Source: Myxococcota bacterium
GTDB taxonomy: Bacteria; Myxococcota_A; SURF-8
Assembly (NCBI GenBank): GCA_965140415.1
Contig: OZ223209.1
Location: 5,120,001-5,184,000, forward strand
DNA: 64,000 nt
Direction: 5' to 3'
Part shown: one piece after another, positions 53,008-63,641 of the stretch
Position numbering within the stretch: position 1 is the stretch's first letter
Layout of the letters: each line of letters begins with the position of its first letter
Notes under the pieces: generated by a model
Told to the model about the DNA's origin: nothing
Databases searched by the model: none
Seen by the model: the letters and a program-made list of their open reading frames with translations, nothing else
Translations under genes and position numbers: made by a program

Positions 53008-54792
53008 ATGAGCAGCGACGATTACCCGATTCTACCGGACGATTACCTGGTCATCAAAGTGACCATGGAAGACGTTCGTACCGAAGATATCAAGTCAGCA
53101 GCCGAGCTGTTGGACATCCTGATCGACGATGACGATACCATATCGGCCCACGAGGGGAAACTCTTTTTCGATGTGAGCGAACTCTCCGAAGATGATCGAG
53201 AGCCGAGTGAAATCGAGGAAGTACGCGACTGGTTTGCCCAGTTGGACCGCGCCTATCCGTATTTGCCTTTTTTCCTTACCAGCGAAGTCGGGCTCGCCCA
53301 GATTCCGCTGTATACCTCGTTTCTCGTCTCCTACGACCATGAAGGGGATGGAATCCGATTCAATCGGCAGAAGCTCGAACAATTCGCCGTGGAACGAATC
53401 AAGGCGGTGGTGGCCTTTTGCGGGGAGCATCAACTGGACCCGCGCGAAAGCGTGCGTCTGTTCTGCGAGCGGCTGCATTTGCAGGTCTTGGAAGAAATGA
53501 AGGAAGAGAAAGGACCGTATCCTTTCGAACCGGAAAAGATTACCTCGCCGTTTTTAATCGATTTCTTCGAGACCGGCTATTATTTCCACACGATCGACGC
53601 CTCCGACGAACCGGTGCTGTTCGCTCTGGTGGATGAGCCGAAAGCGGCGTATTACGCCCCGGTGGACGTGCATATCGACCTGTTCAATTCCTCGCGTTAC
53701 CCGGTGATCGTGTTGGATATGACGGTGCATGACATTCCGGAAACACCGTTGAAAATGAGCTTCGTTTATAACGTCGATCTGGAGCGGCACCGGGAGGAGT
53801 TGTACGCCTATACCGAGATGTCGTTTATTTCGACGAACTTCCTGTTCAAACAACAGGACGATCTCTTCTATGGTTTTACCCGCGCCATCGATTTGTCCGG
53901 CGAATTGCGGGAGCGTATTCGTAGCCTGATTCTGGATGCATCCAATCTGCTGCGCACCATTCCGCCGGAAGCGCGCGATTTCCCAAGCGCCGTGGAGGAA
54001 ATGTTCAGCCAGGCCGAAAAGCCGCTTTCGACCAACGATACCCTGGTGACCTCCGAGGAAGAGCAAAACAGCGAGCCGTTCTCCGATGATGCGCAAGGTG
54101 ACTTGGAAACGGAGCCATTGGCTGCGGATGAAGAAGAGCGCACCGTGGCGGATGTGTCGGACGATGCGCAGGAAGAAGAGACCGAGCAGGACTCTTCCGA
54201 AGCAATAGAAGAGACTGAAGACGCAAGTGCAATCGATGACAACGAAGTCGTCATTTCCGAATCGGAAGGGGTGGTTGAATTTTCGGAAGAATCGGATGAG
54301 CAAACGGAAGATGCCTCCGAATTCGATGAACCCAAGCAGGTTAGCGAAAACGCTGAGGATGATGAAAGCATCGAAATCCTCGATGAAATAGACATGGACG
54401 AAAACAAGCCGAGTCCCGATGACGGTTCGGAAGCGATCCAGCAGCAGCAGGTTCGCGGGCGTATCGGTGCGGAGAGCGGTATTCCCACATCGGTGCTGCC
54501 GGAATCCATCCAGCGTATCACCAAGGCGCTTTCCAAGCCCATTCGAAGACCACAGCGCAGTGTCACCGAGGAACTTGCCATCCAGCCCGCTCCCAAGCGC
54601 GTGATCATGCGCGACGAAGATCAACTGGAGCGCCTGTCGCGCCGGCTGGTGATCATGCAGAATAACCTGGAGCGGACGCAGCGCGAGAACATGCGCCTGC
54701 ATGGCGATCTGCAAAACGCCAACGAGGAAATCGAGCGTTTGCGACGGGACAACCTGGATCTTGAAAGCCGCTGGTGGAAATTCTGGAAGTAG
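53008..54792 (+). CDS. Hypothetical protein: CRR6/DUF1817-like N-terminus, acidic linker, C-terminal coiled coil ending RWWKFWK
   Basis: DDREPSEIEEVRDWFAQLDRAYPYLPFFL; AGGAG RBS precedes ATG 53008. Confidence 0.75.
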   Translation: MSSDDYPILPDDYLVIKVTMEDVRTEDIKSAAELLDILIDDDDTISAHEGKLFFDVSELSEDDREPSEIEEVRDWFAQLDRAYPYLPFFLTSEVGLAQIPLYTSFLVSYDHEGDGIRFNRQKLEQFAVERIKAVVAFCGEHQLDPRESVRLFCERLHLQVLEEMKEEKGPYPFEPEKITSPFLIDFFETGYYFHTIDASDEPVLFALVDEPKAAYYAPVDVHIDLFNSSRYPVIVLDMTVHDIPETPLKMSFVYNVDLERHREELYAYTEMSFISTNFLFKQQDDLFYGFTRAIDLSGELRERIRSLILDASNLLRTIPPEARDFPSAVEEMFSQAEKPLSTNDTLVTSEEEQNSEPFSDDAQGDLETEPLAADEEERTVADVSDDAQEEETEQDSSEAIEETEDASAIDDNEVVISESEGVVEFSEESDEQTEDASEFDEPKQVSENAEDDESIEILDEIDMDENKPSPDDGSEAIQQQQVRGRIGAESGIPTSVLPESIQRITKALSKPIRRPQRSVTEELAIQPAPKRVIMRDEDQLERLSRRLVIMQNNLERTQRENMRLHGDLQNANEEIERLRRDNLDLESRWWKFWK

Positions 54793-54818
54793 CGGCTGGA
54801 AAATTGGAAAGAGGTATC

Positions 54819-56438
54819 ATGGTTCGCGGCTTGCTTGCCAAACTCGCCTGGGGTTTCTGGTTGTTGATGCTTGCCGGTTGCCAGGCCTCCGAAACCCTGC
54901 CGCTTCCACAGATATCTCACGTACAGGTAGAACAGGCGCAGGTGCGCGGCGTCGTGGCGGTTTCCTACCGACTGGCCGACACGAGCGGCTTTCCATTGCA
55001 AATCAACGTGGAATATAAACTGGATAACGAAGCCTGGGCGCCGGCCAGTTCCGCCGGCGGCAGTGGAGACGGTGTCGGCGTGCTGGCCGATGGTGAGCGC
55101 AGGCAGATGACGTTTCTGTGGGATTCCTACCGCGATGCCGGGACGCGCGGCGTAGCCGCCAGATTGCGCGTGACGGCCATCAACCCGGAAAAGCAGGCCT
55201 ATTCCGAAAGCGGCAACTTTTGGTTAGCCAACGACAACTTACCGCCGCAACTGGCTTTCGTGCCGGTAGAGGCGTTGGAAGAGGGCGAATTGCCGGTAAC
55301 CATCGCGTTGGTGGATGCAGAATCCGAACCGGTTTCATTGGAGTTGCATTATAGCTACGATGGCGGTGAGCATTACCTGCCTGCAACGGTGGATGGTCAA
55401 CTGGCGGAAATTGAAACGACACCCAACGCCGGTCTGCATACGTTGAGTTGGCAGGCGGGAACGGATCTGGGATGGCTGGATCAGGGAAACGTGCGCCTGC
55501 GCGCGGTGGCGGCGGACGCGCTGGGGCAGGGCAATGCCGTGTATTCCGATGCGCTTTCCATTTCCTTTTCGTTACAGCCGGGTTTGAAGCTGTCGCCCTT
55601 ACCACGTACACTACGTGAGGAAGTCGCCGTGGTGCTGTATGTGACCGGCCTGCCTGGCGACAACTACCAGGCACAGCTGGAATACGCCTATGAGGACGAC
55701 GAATACCTTCCCTGCACCTTGAAACGCAGTGGTGTAAATCAAAGCATTCTGCTCGATGCCTCGCCGGAAGGTGCGGCGAATGCCTTGTTGTGGCAGACCC
55801 GCGAGGATTTCGAGGAAAGCATCGTGCGCGGCTTGACGTTGCGTGCGACTTTGTTAGATGAGGACGGCAGCGAGCTTGACGAGCCGCTAGTCGTTATGCA
55901 GCAGGACTTGGGCATTAACAACGAACCGCTGGTAGAACAACTGCTGATCAGCGAAATTTACGAGGGCTTGCAAAAGAGCGACGGCTTTTTCGAAATTGCC
56001 GGGCCGCCGGGAACGAGTTTGGACGGCATCCGTATTTCGGGTATTCGTCGTAACGGCAGCCTGGATGCCTTGATCGATCTGGACGGCTACAGTTTGAATG
56101 ACGACGGTGTTTTCGTATTGTCGGGTCCGCAGGGGCCGCCGGGCGATCTGGTGATGGAGAATTTCGAGTCGTTCTTTTTCCTTGAGCATACCCAGCGCAG
56201 CATTGTGCTAAGCCGTGTGGAACCGGACAACGTAGAGGAATACTACGGGATCGATGCCGTGGGCTATGGCGATTTCACCGGTTATTCTTTCCGTGGCGAG
56301 GGCGATCCCGCGCCGCAGATTCCATCCGGTCTTTCCCTGACGCGCGAATTCGCCAACACCGACAAGGGTGATAATTCGCTGGATTTCGTTCTCAGTGAAC
56401 CGACTCCCGGCGAAGCCCGTTTCTGGAGTGCGGAATAA
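54819..56438 (+). CDS. Lipoprotein with repeated beta-sandwich domains and lamin-tail-like C-terminus
   Basis: Lipobox LAGC; LLISEIY..FFEI, DAVGYG, DTD-like NTDKGDNSLDF and PTPG ending. Confidence 0.75.
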   Translation: MVRGLLAKLAWGFWLLMLAGCQASETLPLPQISHVQVEQAQVRGVVAVSYRLADTSGFPLQINVEYKLDNEAWAPASSAGGSGDGVGVLADGERRQMTFLWDSYRDAGTRGVAARLRVTAINPEKQAYSESGNFWLANDNLPPQLAFVPVEALEEGELPVTIALVDAESEPVSLELHYSYDGGEHYLPATVDGQLAEIETTPNAGLHTLSWQAGTDLGWLDQGNVRLRAVAADALGQGNAVYSDALSISFSLQPGLKLSPLPRTLREEVAVVLYVTGLPGDNYQAQLEYAYEDDEYLPCTLKRSGVNQSILLDASPEGAANALLWQTREDFEESIVRGLTLRATLLDEDGSELDEPLVVMQQDLGINNEPLVEQLLISEIYEGLQKSDGFFEIAGPPGTSLDGIRISGIRRNGSLDALIDLDGYSLNDDGVFVLSGPQGPPGDLVMENFESFFFLEHTQRSIVLSRVEPDNVEEYYGIDAVGYGDFTGYSFRGEGDPAPQIPSGLSLTREFANTDKGDNSLDFVLSEPTPGEARFWSAE

Positions 56439-56460
56439 TCATTTAGAGCGCAGCCTTCCT

Positions 56461-57678
56461 TTATGAAACTCCATACAACTTCATGTGGCGATCGAGATAG
56501 AGCTGCCGATCGTATTCTCTAACGGCCAGCTCTCGCGCCTGCCTGCTTAGAGTCTGACGTTGCGGGTCATTGTCCAATAGCTCGGCAATGGCTTTCGCCA
56601 GTGCATCGGCATCGGCGTAATCGACCGCCACGCCCCCTTCCGGCGCGTGGATGACTTCCTCTACCGACGTGGTTTTAAAGGTGATAACCGGAACGCCGCA
56701 AGCCATCGCTTCCAGCGCCATCATACCGAAGCTTTCCGCCATCGATGGCATCAGGAACAGATCCGAAGCGCTCAGCGCATCCACCAGGGCGTCCTGGTTT
56801 TTCAGCCAGCCCAATTGGATTACCTGGTATTTTGAGGAGAGGTGTTTAAAATCCCCGGTCTTGTCGATGGTCAACAGTACCGTGGGGCGTTTGGGTTGCA
56901 TTTTCAAAAGAGCCTGCTGTAATACCGGCCAGCCTTTGTAAGGTTCATCTTCACCGCGATAGCGATAGAACAGCACCTGTGCATCCTGGGCAATACCGAG
57001 ATGCTCGCGGCATTCACACCGGTTTTTAGGTTGGAATACATCCAGATCCACTCCGAATGGAATGATGGTGTAAGGCAGATGCGAAAGGATCGGACTTTGT
57101 TGCAGGTGGCGCTCCATCCATTTACTGGAGATAACCAGTTCGATGTCGGAGCGATGCATCAACCAGTGTTTCAGTTGCCACTGGAATGCGGTCGTGTCGC
57201 GTTTTATCGGGAAAGTGCGGTTTAGATCCGGACATTCTCCGCAACCATGCTGCCAGCGGTGGCAGTCCATCGGATGCAGACAGTGCCCGGTCATGATGAA
57301 GGGATCGTGCAGGGTCCAGATCACGCGTTTGAGCCTGGCTAGCACGGGAAGATGCAATAAGCTCAGGAAGGATGACGAATACACGAGTTGCAAGTGTAGG
57401 ATGTCTGCATCCCGAAAGTGGGGATTTGCGTACAAGCCAAGTCCCGTCAGTGGTAACAGGGAGTGAACGGACAGCGCCCGCTCTAGCCTGTGCATGATCT
57501 GCGCGTCGAACACACGGCTGATTCGATTGCCGAGTTGAACGATGCCTGCTTCATTGTGTTGTTTCGACAGAACCAGCATGTTCGACGGAACGTGTTTGTT
57601 CATCAATTCCCGGTGCAACTCGTAACCGTTGAATTGCCGCCCGATCTGATCCCAGGTTGTGAGTTGAAGTACGTTCAT
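56461..57678 (-). CDS. GT4 glycosyltransferase (WcaC-like)
   Basis: VIWTLHD..TGHC, KG, PSMAESFGMMALEAMACGVPV. Confidence 0.92.
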   Translation of the reverse strand: MNVLQLTTWDQIGRQFNGYELHRELMNKHVPSNMLVLSKQHNEAGIVQLGNRISRVFDAQIMHRLERALSVHSLLPLTGLGLYANPHFRDADILHLQLVYSSSFLSLLHLPVLARLKRVIWTLHDPFIMTGHCLHPMDCHRWQHGCGECPDLNRTFPIKRDTTAFQWQLKHWLMHRSDIELVISSKWMERHLQQSPILSHLPYTIIPFGVDLDVFQPKNRCECREHLGIAQDAQVLFYRYRGEDEPYKGWPVLQQALLKMQPKRPTVLLTIDKTGDFKHLSSKYQVIQLGWLKNQDALVDALSASDLFLMPSMAESFGMMALEAMACGVPVITFKTTSVEEVIHAPEGGVAVDYADADALAKAIAELLDNDPQRQTLSRQARELAVREYDRQLYLDRHMKLYGVS

Positions 57679-58015
57679 TCACTTGCTTGTCTATGTAATG
57701 ATTTCGAGGATCAGCCCCGTTTACTTTTCGTTGTTGAAATGGATTTCTATGTTCCGGTTTCATTATTTACTCTAACCGTGTTCGGGATTCTACCCTGAAT
57801 TCATCATAAGGGCAACGAATCGAGAAGATTGCGCAAGGTAACCACGTTGGTATTCTAGCGATCGTTCAGCATCGAGCCGGGGAGTTTCCTGATTTTTCTT
57901 GACTTCCCCACGGGTTAAGGCCAATCTTAACGGGCTGATAACAAGGTGCTACGCCGTTTATGGTGTGGAATTCCCAGCATTCTACTCGAAACCCTCGATC
58001 AAACCAGGAGACGAA

Positions 58016-58852
58016 ATGCAGTTTGTCAAGTATGTCGTTACGGGTTGTATTCTGCTCGTTGCCTTTCTGATTTCGACGCCTTACAGCTTTGCGCAAACGC
58101 AGGAAAATGCAGTGGAACCTGCCACTGAGCCTGCAACGGCGGAACCGGTTGCAGCAGAGCCTGCAACAGAGGAAGCTGCTGCTGAGGAGCCGGTCATCGG
58201 CGAGCCGGTGGTTTCCGGCGAAGAACAAGAAGCGGAAGCGGAGCATAGTCCCTGGCTTGGAGGTCGCGGACGTCACGAGGGGCTGCACCTGCGCTTGTCT
58301 GTCGGTGCGGGATATTCATATTTCAGCGCAACCTATTCAGATCCGACTACCGGGCGCGATACCGATCTGACCATGAGTGGCGCGGCGGTGATTCCCGAAG
58401 CGGCCATCGGATACTACGTTATGGAAAACCTGGATCTGCATCTGGCCGTCAAGGTGCCGGTGAATGTCGAGCCGGATCTGGAACTGGATGTCGATCCCGC
58501 CGATGCCGCCACGATCAACGAAGCCGGGGATATCGAATACCGCGCCCTGATGATCGGTGCCGGTTTCACCTACTATTTCATGCCCATCAACATGTTTATC
58601 GGCGCGACCGGTAACGTGCTGGTGCCGCAGTTCCGCTTGAACGAGAGCGACCTGTCCAAAGCTGCCAATAACGCCGTAACAGACTACAAAATCGGTGGCT
58701 CGGCGGAATTGCACTTCGGTAAGGAATGGCGCATGGACGACTTCGCCAGCCTGGGCTTGGAAGTAATGTACATTTTCAGCGCTTATCCGGGTGACGATGC
58801 AAGCTGGTACGGCCACACCGCCGGGGTGCTGTTCACTGCGACCTACAACTAA
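58016..58852 (+). CDS. Outer-membrane beta-barrel protein with acidic Pro/Ala N-terminal linker
   Basis: Signal peptide (SFA-Q), EPAT repeats, amphipathic strands, ends ATYN; AGGAG RBS. Confidence 0.78.
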   Translation: MQFVKYVVTGCILLVAFLISTPYSFAQTQENAVEPATEPATAEPVAAEPATEEAAAEEPVIGEPVVSGEEQEAEAEHSPWLGGRGRHEGLHLRLSVGAGYSYFSATYSDPTTGRDTDLTMSGAAVIPEAAIGYYVMENLDLHLAVKVPVNVEPDLELDVDPADAATINEAGDIEYRALMIGAGFTYYFMPINMFIGATGNVLVPQFRLNESDLSKAANNAVTDYKIGGSAELHFGKEWRMDDFASLGLEVMYIFSAYPGDDASWYGHTAGVLFTATYN

Positions 58853-58885
58853 ATCGAACACCTCGAAACAAACAAGATGACACGC

Positions 58886-58914
58886 CGCCCGGTTGCCAAG
58901 CAGCCGGGCGGTTT
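58886..58914 (+). terminator. Terminator-like hairpin
   Basis: ccgcccggttgc-caa-gcagccgggcgg-ttt. Confidence 0.7.
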
Positions 58915-59206
58915 GGCTTTATGAAGAGCAAAGCAGAAGGGCTCTGTACGTTGGAGCAGCGGCTCCCTGTGTTGGAGCAATGGCTCCTGCCTTGCTCCAA
59001 GCGTTTGTCTTTATAGTCGGGAAAGAAATACTGAGTGAAAAAAATGGTTCAAATCTTCCGGATGGTTTGGCGTGGTTGGAAGAAAAGAAACATACCGAAT
59101 TCAACCGCATTATTTGTGATGTACAAAATATGAATTTGTGGTAAACTCCTCACGTTAATTCAGCCAATCGGAAGCTGTCGGAGATCCTGCGAGGGGAGGT
59201 ACTGTT

Positions 59207-62020
59207 ATGCCTGGTTCCGATCTAACGAAGCTCGGTTTCCATGTTGCCAAGCCTATTTCAGTTTGGAATAAGAAACTCAAATTCGACACAAAAACGATGT
59301 TTGTGTCTTTGGCCAAGGCTACAACCGCCGGCCTCACACAGAAATGGTCGGATCTACCTCCACATCTTTACGATGTACTTTCCTCGATAAATTTGAAAAA
59401 ATCACCAGGAGAGTGGGCTTGGCTGCTCGTGCAACGTGCCACCTTGCGTGCGCTATATGAACTGGTCAAGGAACAGGCCGCGTGGTTAAAACCGGATAAA
59501 CTTTCAAAATCCGAGGCTCTTGCAAATAGCCTTGATTATGCATTTGAGAAGCGGAAAATCGAGATCAACACGTCATTTTTCGATAATCCGGGTAGTTTTC
59601 CCTCCTTGAAATATGTAGAAAAAACCTTCACTCAATGGCTCGTAAAAGTTGGCATCAAGAAAGTTCGAGCGCAGACGATTGCAGCTCGTCTGCCAGCCTT
59701 TTTTACACTCGCACTGCATCACGAATGGTCTGAGAATGCGGCAGACTACGCCGTAATCACTGATAATCTGGATACTCCTTTCCTTAAGGCTGCGAAACAC
59801 GAATTCGAATGGCGGAAATATTCAGCCAAATTGAATAGGCAAGTGAACGAAGCATTGCTTGATGAAGGTTTCGGGCTTTGCGATATCTATGTTCGACTCC
59901 GGGCTTATTACCTAGAAAAAATGGAATTGGAAGAAGGCGATCACAATAAACCTTCCAATGAAGATGTGCTTCCACCTATGGATAAAGAACAGACTTGTAA
60001 ACACGTGGTCGATCTGCATTCGGCAATCAACGAATGGCTCGATAGGTACGAACGAACGGACGGGCTTCGCATAGTAAGTGGAGGGCCAGGAAGTGGAAAA
60101 TCATCATTCGCCAAAATGCTGGCAGCCGAACTTGTCCACGAAGGTAAGCGCTTGCTCTATATACCCTTAAATCATTTCAACCTTAAAGACAGCATCGAGG
60201 AAGCCACGGGGGAGTTTATGCGCCTTCGAGATGAATTCTCGGAGAATCCAACGGAAAAAGAGTATTCCACCCCCTTGATTCTCCTGTTTGATGGATTGGA
60301 TGAATTGGCCGAGCGTGGTACAGCGGGACAGGAAGCAGCCAAGCGTTTTCTCGATCAACTGACTCGCTTTGTCGAAATTGCTAACAACAAATCCTGCCGA
60401 GTTCAGGCATTGGTGTTGGGTCGCGAACTATCCATACAATCGATCGAATACATCCTTAAATCGAAGGACCGCATTTTTTATCTATTGCCTCTTTACTTGA
60501 CAAAGCAGGAAATAAGGAAACGAGAAGAAGACTCTTCTACCAACGAATGGATTGACCCAGACAATCTATTGGAACATGACCAACGCGAGGACTGGTGGGA
60601 GAAGTACAGGAAAGCTTTCGGTGACAAAAGAAAAAAATTACCTGGAGAACTAAAAACCAAAGATCTGGATGAACTGACAGCCGAACCCCTTTTGATTTAC
60701 TTGGTCGTAATTTCTTTTGAAAGTGGGAAGATCGATTTTACAGCATCTGTCACCTTGAACGAAGTCTACCATGTCATGATCAGACATGTATGGGAGCGTG
60801 GATACGAAGATCACAGACATCGAAGCGTAGAGGAACTCGAACTGGAATTCTCGGACTTCGAAAAGGTAATGGAAGAAATCGCCATTGCCGCTTGGCATGG
60901 TAACGGGCGTAAAGCGGGAATCACGGCTATTAAAAACCGATGTACAGGCAAATTGAAGAGTCGACTTGAAAAATTCTCCGAGAAAGCCGAAAAAGGAATA
61001 CTTCGTTTGCTAACGGCTTTTTATTTCCGCAAGGCAGCCTATACGGCCGAGGATGGTGAGGATGTATTTGAGTTTACTCACAAAAGCTTTGGTGAATTTC
61101 TTGTCGCCCGGCACTTGATCCGCAAACTGGAAACAATGATCCGACTGATCAAGCAACACGATACTTCTGAAGATGAAGAATACGGATGGAATCTAGCCCA
61201 GGCTTGGAAGCATTGGATCGAACTCACCGGAGCTACAGCTTTGGATGACTACATTTACAGTTTTTTCCGGCGTGAAGTCGAAAGAAAAAATAAAGAAGCG
61301 GATATAGCTGAATGGCAACAGATCATTATTCGGTTGATGACGTATGCCATTGCGCACGGTATGCCCATGCAAGAGTTGCCAAGGGAACGATTTAGCGAAG
61401 AAAACCGTAAAGCTCGCAACGCAGAAGAAACGATGCTCTCTGTTCACTATGCTTGCGCAGTATTGACCGAAAACGTAGGAAAAATCAAGTGGCCACATGA
61501 AATGGCCGCTGGGGAGTGGTTGAGTCACCTTCAACCGCAACGAAAAGGAGGCTGGAATTCAATTTCATATCAATGTTTAGGATATTTAGATTTTTCATCA
61601 CAACGATTGGATATTCATGATCTTTACGGAGCAAACTTTGAAAATAGTTTTTTCCAGAACTCAAGTTTTTACTATGGATGTTTGGTAAAAGCAAATTTGA
61701 GAAAGACAAACTTTAAAGATGCAATGTTGTTTTGGGCCAACCTAGAAAGGGCCAACCTAGAAGGGGCCAGACTCAGAGGGGCCAGACTCGAATGGGCCAA
61801 CCTAAAAAGGGCCAACCTCGAAGGGGCCAACCTCGAAGGGGCCAACCTAGAAAGGGCCAACCTAGAAGGGGCCAGACTCAGAGGGGCCAGACTCGAATGG
61901 GCCAACCTAAAAAGGGCCAACCTAGAAGGGGCCAGACTCGAAGGGACACTGTTGGAAGGTGAAATTGATTCTCCCCCCCCCGCTCGGAAATCCAAAGGTA
62001 AAAGGAAAAAAAGCGAATAG
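59207..62020 (+). CDS. NACHT-family NTPase with C-terminal pentapeptide repeats (AT-rich)
   Basis: GGPGSGKSS Walker [11 protein letters not shown] Walker [17 protein letters not shown], (A[N/R]L[E/R/K]x)n; GGAGG RBS. Confidence 0.9.
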   Translation: MPGSDLTKLGFHVAKPISVWNKKLKFDTKTMFVSLAKATTAGLTQKWSDLPPHLYDVLSSINLKKSPGEWAWLLVQRATLRALYELVKEQAAWLKPDKLSKSEALANSLDYAFEKRKIEINTSFFDNPGSFPSLKYVEKTFTQWLVKVGIKKVRAQTIAARLPAFFTLALHHEWSENAADYAVITDNLDTPFLKAAKHEFEWRKYSAKLNRQVNEALLDEGFGLCDIYVRLRAYYLEKMELEEGDHNKPSNEDVLPPMDKEQTCKHVVDLHSAINEWLDRYERTDGLRIVSGGPGSGKSSFAKMLAAELVHEGKRLLYIPLNHFNLKDSIEEATGEFMRLRDEFSENPTEKEYSTPLILLFDGLDELAERGTAGQEAAKRFLDQLTRFVEIANNKSCRVQALVLGRELSIQSIEYILKSKDRIFYLLPLYLTKQEIRKREEDSSTNEWIDPDNLLEHDQREDWWEKYRKAFGDKRKKLPGELKTKDLDELTAEPLLIYLVVISFESGKIDFTASVTLNEVYHVMIRHVWERGYEDHRHRSVEELELEFSDFEKVMEEIAIAAWHGNGRKAGITAIKNRCTGKLKSRLEKFSEKAEKGILRLLTAFYFRKAAYTAEDGEDVFEFTHKSFGEFLVARHLIRKLETMIRLIKQHDTSEDEEYGWNLAQAWKHWIELTGATALDDYIYSFFRREVERKNKEADIAEWQQIIIRLMTYAIAHGMPMQELPRERFSEENRKARNAEETMLSVHYACAVLTENVGKIKWPHEMAAGEWLSHLQPQRKGGWNSISYQCLGYLDFSSQRLDIHDLYGANFENSFFQNSSFYYGCLVKANLRKTNFKDAMLFWANLERANLEGARLRGARLEWANLKRANLEGANLEGANLERANLEGARLRGARLEWANLKRANLEGARLEGTLLEGEIDSPPPARKSKGKRKKSE
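61733..61946 (+). repeat. 15-bp tandem repeats (pentapeptide), with a 105-bp higher-order duplication
   Basis: gggccaacctagaa/gggccagactc units; [30 protein letters not shown] occurs twice, 35 aa apart. Confidence 0.93.
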
Positions 62021-62141
62021 CCCTAGGCAATAGTTGACAATAGCAAAGACTACAGATTCGTTTCCGTACTTGCCCTACCGACCCGGCTTCGGGTATGATG
62101 CGCCCACGACATTTCGGTATTCTGTTACAGAAAGGACGATC

Positions 62142-63632
62142 ATGGCCAGCGCACACGCCAACGGCGGATTCATGGGATTATTGAAACGCTATCCGAAAAC
62201 GTTCTGGGTCGCCAACGTGATGGAGTTGTTCGAACGCTGGGCCTATTACGGCATGTTCGGCGTGCTCTCTTTATACCTGACCGATCCGGTCAGTAAAGGC
62301 GGTTTGGGGTTCAGCCAGGAGCAGCGTGGCGCGCTGCAAGGCGTCGTAACGGCCATCATGTACGTGCTGCCGATTCTGGGAGGCGCCATCGCCGACCGCT
62401 TCGGTTTCCGAAAAGTATTGATCGCCGCCTTTTCCATTTTGACTGTGGCCTACTTCATGATGGGTCAGTTCACCAGCTACACCGGCATCTGGCTCGCCTT
62501 CCTGCTTGTCGCCGTGGGAGCGGCGATTTTCAAGCCGGTGATTTCCGGCACCGTCGCTAAAACCACCGACGACAAGACCGCCTCGGTGGGCTTCGGCATT
62601 TTCTACATGATGGTCAATATCGGTGGCTTTGTCGGTCCCTTTGTCGCCGGAGTGCTGCGCAAACTCGACTGGTCCTATGTGTTCATCATGAGCACCGTTG
62701 TCATTGCATTCAACCTGATTCCAACCTTGTTGATCTATCGTGAACCGGGACGCGAAGAGGGCGAGCGGCCCCCCCTGCTGCAATCGCTGGTCGAAATCTG
62801 GCAGAAAACGTTGAGCGTATTCAAAGACTGGAAGTTCATGCTCTTTCTGCTGATCTTCTCCGGGTTCTGGACCATGTTCATTCAGATTTTCATTACGCTG
62901 CCGGTGTTTATCGAGCAATGGGTGGACACCACGGTGCTCTATGATGCCGTAAACAGCATCTGGCCCGCTCTGGCGGAAACGCTGGGTAAAGCGGACGAGC
63001 GCACGATCAATCCCGAAATGATGATCAACCTGGATGCCGGCGCGATCATCTTCTTCCAACTATTGGTCAGCTATGCCGTGATGCGCATGCGCCCCATTTC
63101 CTCGATGGTGCTGGGTATCGCGATTGCCTCCATCGGAACGGCCATGGCCGGACTTTCCAGCAGCGGCTGGATGTGTGTAGCGGCGATTCTGGTTTTTGCT
63201 TTCGGCGAAATGGCTTCTTCTCCCAAAATGACGGAATACGTGGGACGTATTGCGCCCAAGGGCAAAACGGCCTTGTATATGGGCTACGCTTTTCTGCCGG
63301 TGGCCTTTGGTAACCTGCTGGGTGGTGTGCTTTCCGGTGGATTGTACGGAGCCTACAGCGACAAGTTCGTCATTGCGGCGGACTACCTGAAGAGCCAGGG
63401 CATGGCTGCCGAAAAGGTGCAGAACCTGTTGCAGTCGCAACCCCTGGAGTTATGGAATCAGGCGGTGCAGAGTGCCGGAGGCAATGCCGTGCAGGCGCGA
63501 GAAATGCTGTGGCAGAGCTATCACCCGCAACAGGTGTGGTTCTGGTTCATGGGGTTGGGAATATTGACCGGCGTGTTGCTGTTCATCTACGACCGCGTGA
63601 TTTTACCCACCGCCAAACCGGAAGAGGACTAG
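62142..63632 (+). CDS. POT/PTR-family MFS peptide transporter
   Basis: ELFERWAYYG (ExxERxxYY), GGAIADR, FKP, GFGIFYMMVNIG; AAGGA RBS. Confidence 0.92.
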   Translation: MASAHANGGFMGLLKRYPKTFWVANVMELFERWAYYGMFGVLSLYLTDPVSKGGLGFSQEQRGALQGVVTAIMYVLPILGGAIADRFGFRKVLIAAFSILTVAYFMMGQFTSYTGIWLAFLLVAVGAAIFKPVISGTVAKTTDDKTASVGFGIFYMMVNIGGFVGPFVAGVLRKLDWSYVFIMSTVVIAFNLIPTLLIYREPGREEGERPPLLQSLVEIWQKTLSVFKDWKFMLFLLIFSGFWTMFIQIFITLPVFIEQWVDTTVLYDAVNSIWPALAETLGKADERTINPEMMINLDAGAIIFFQLLVSYAVMRMRPISSMVLGIAIASIGTAMAGLSSSGWMCVAAILVFAFGEMASSPKMTEYVGRIAPKGKTALYMGYAFLPVAFGNLLGGVLSGGLYGAYSDKFVIAADYLKSQGMAAEKVQNLLQSQPLELWNQAVQSAGGNAVQAREMLWQSYHPQQVWFWFMGLGILTGVLLFIYDRVILPTAKPEED

Positions 63633-63641
63633 GACAGGCGA

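Noticed and set aside
61733-61946. CRISPR-like array
   Set aside because: 15-bp period with no unique spacers; it encodes pentapeptide repeats; no cas genes.
61974-61981. Poly-C tract as a phase-variation switch in the NACHT gene
   Set aside because: Only 8 C and within the last ~15 codons, so slippage would change only the tail.
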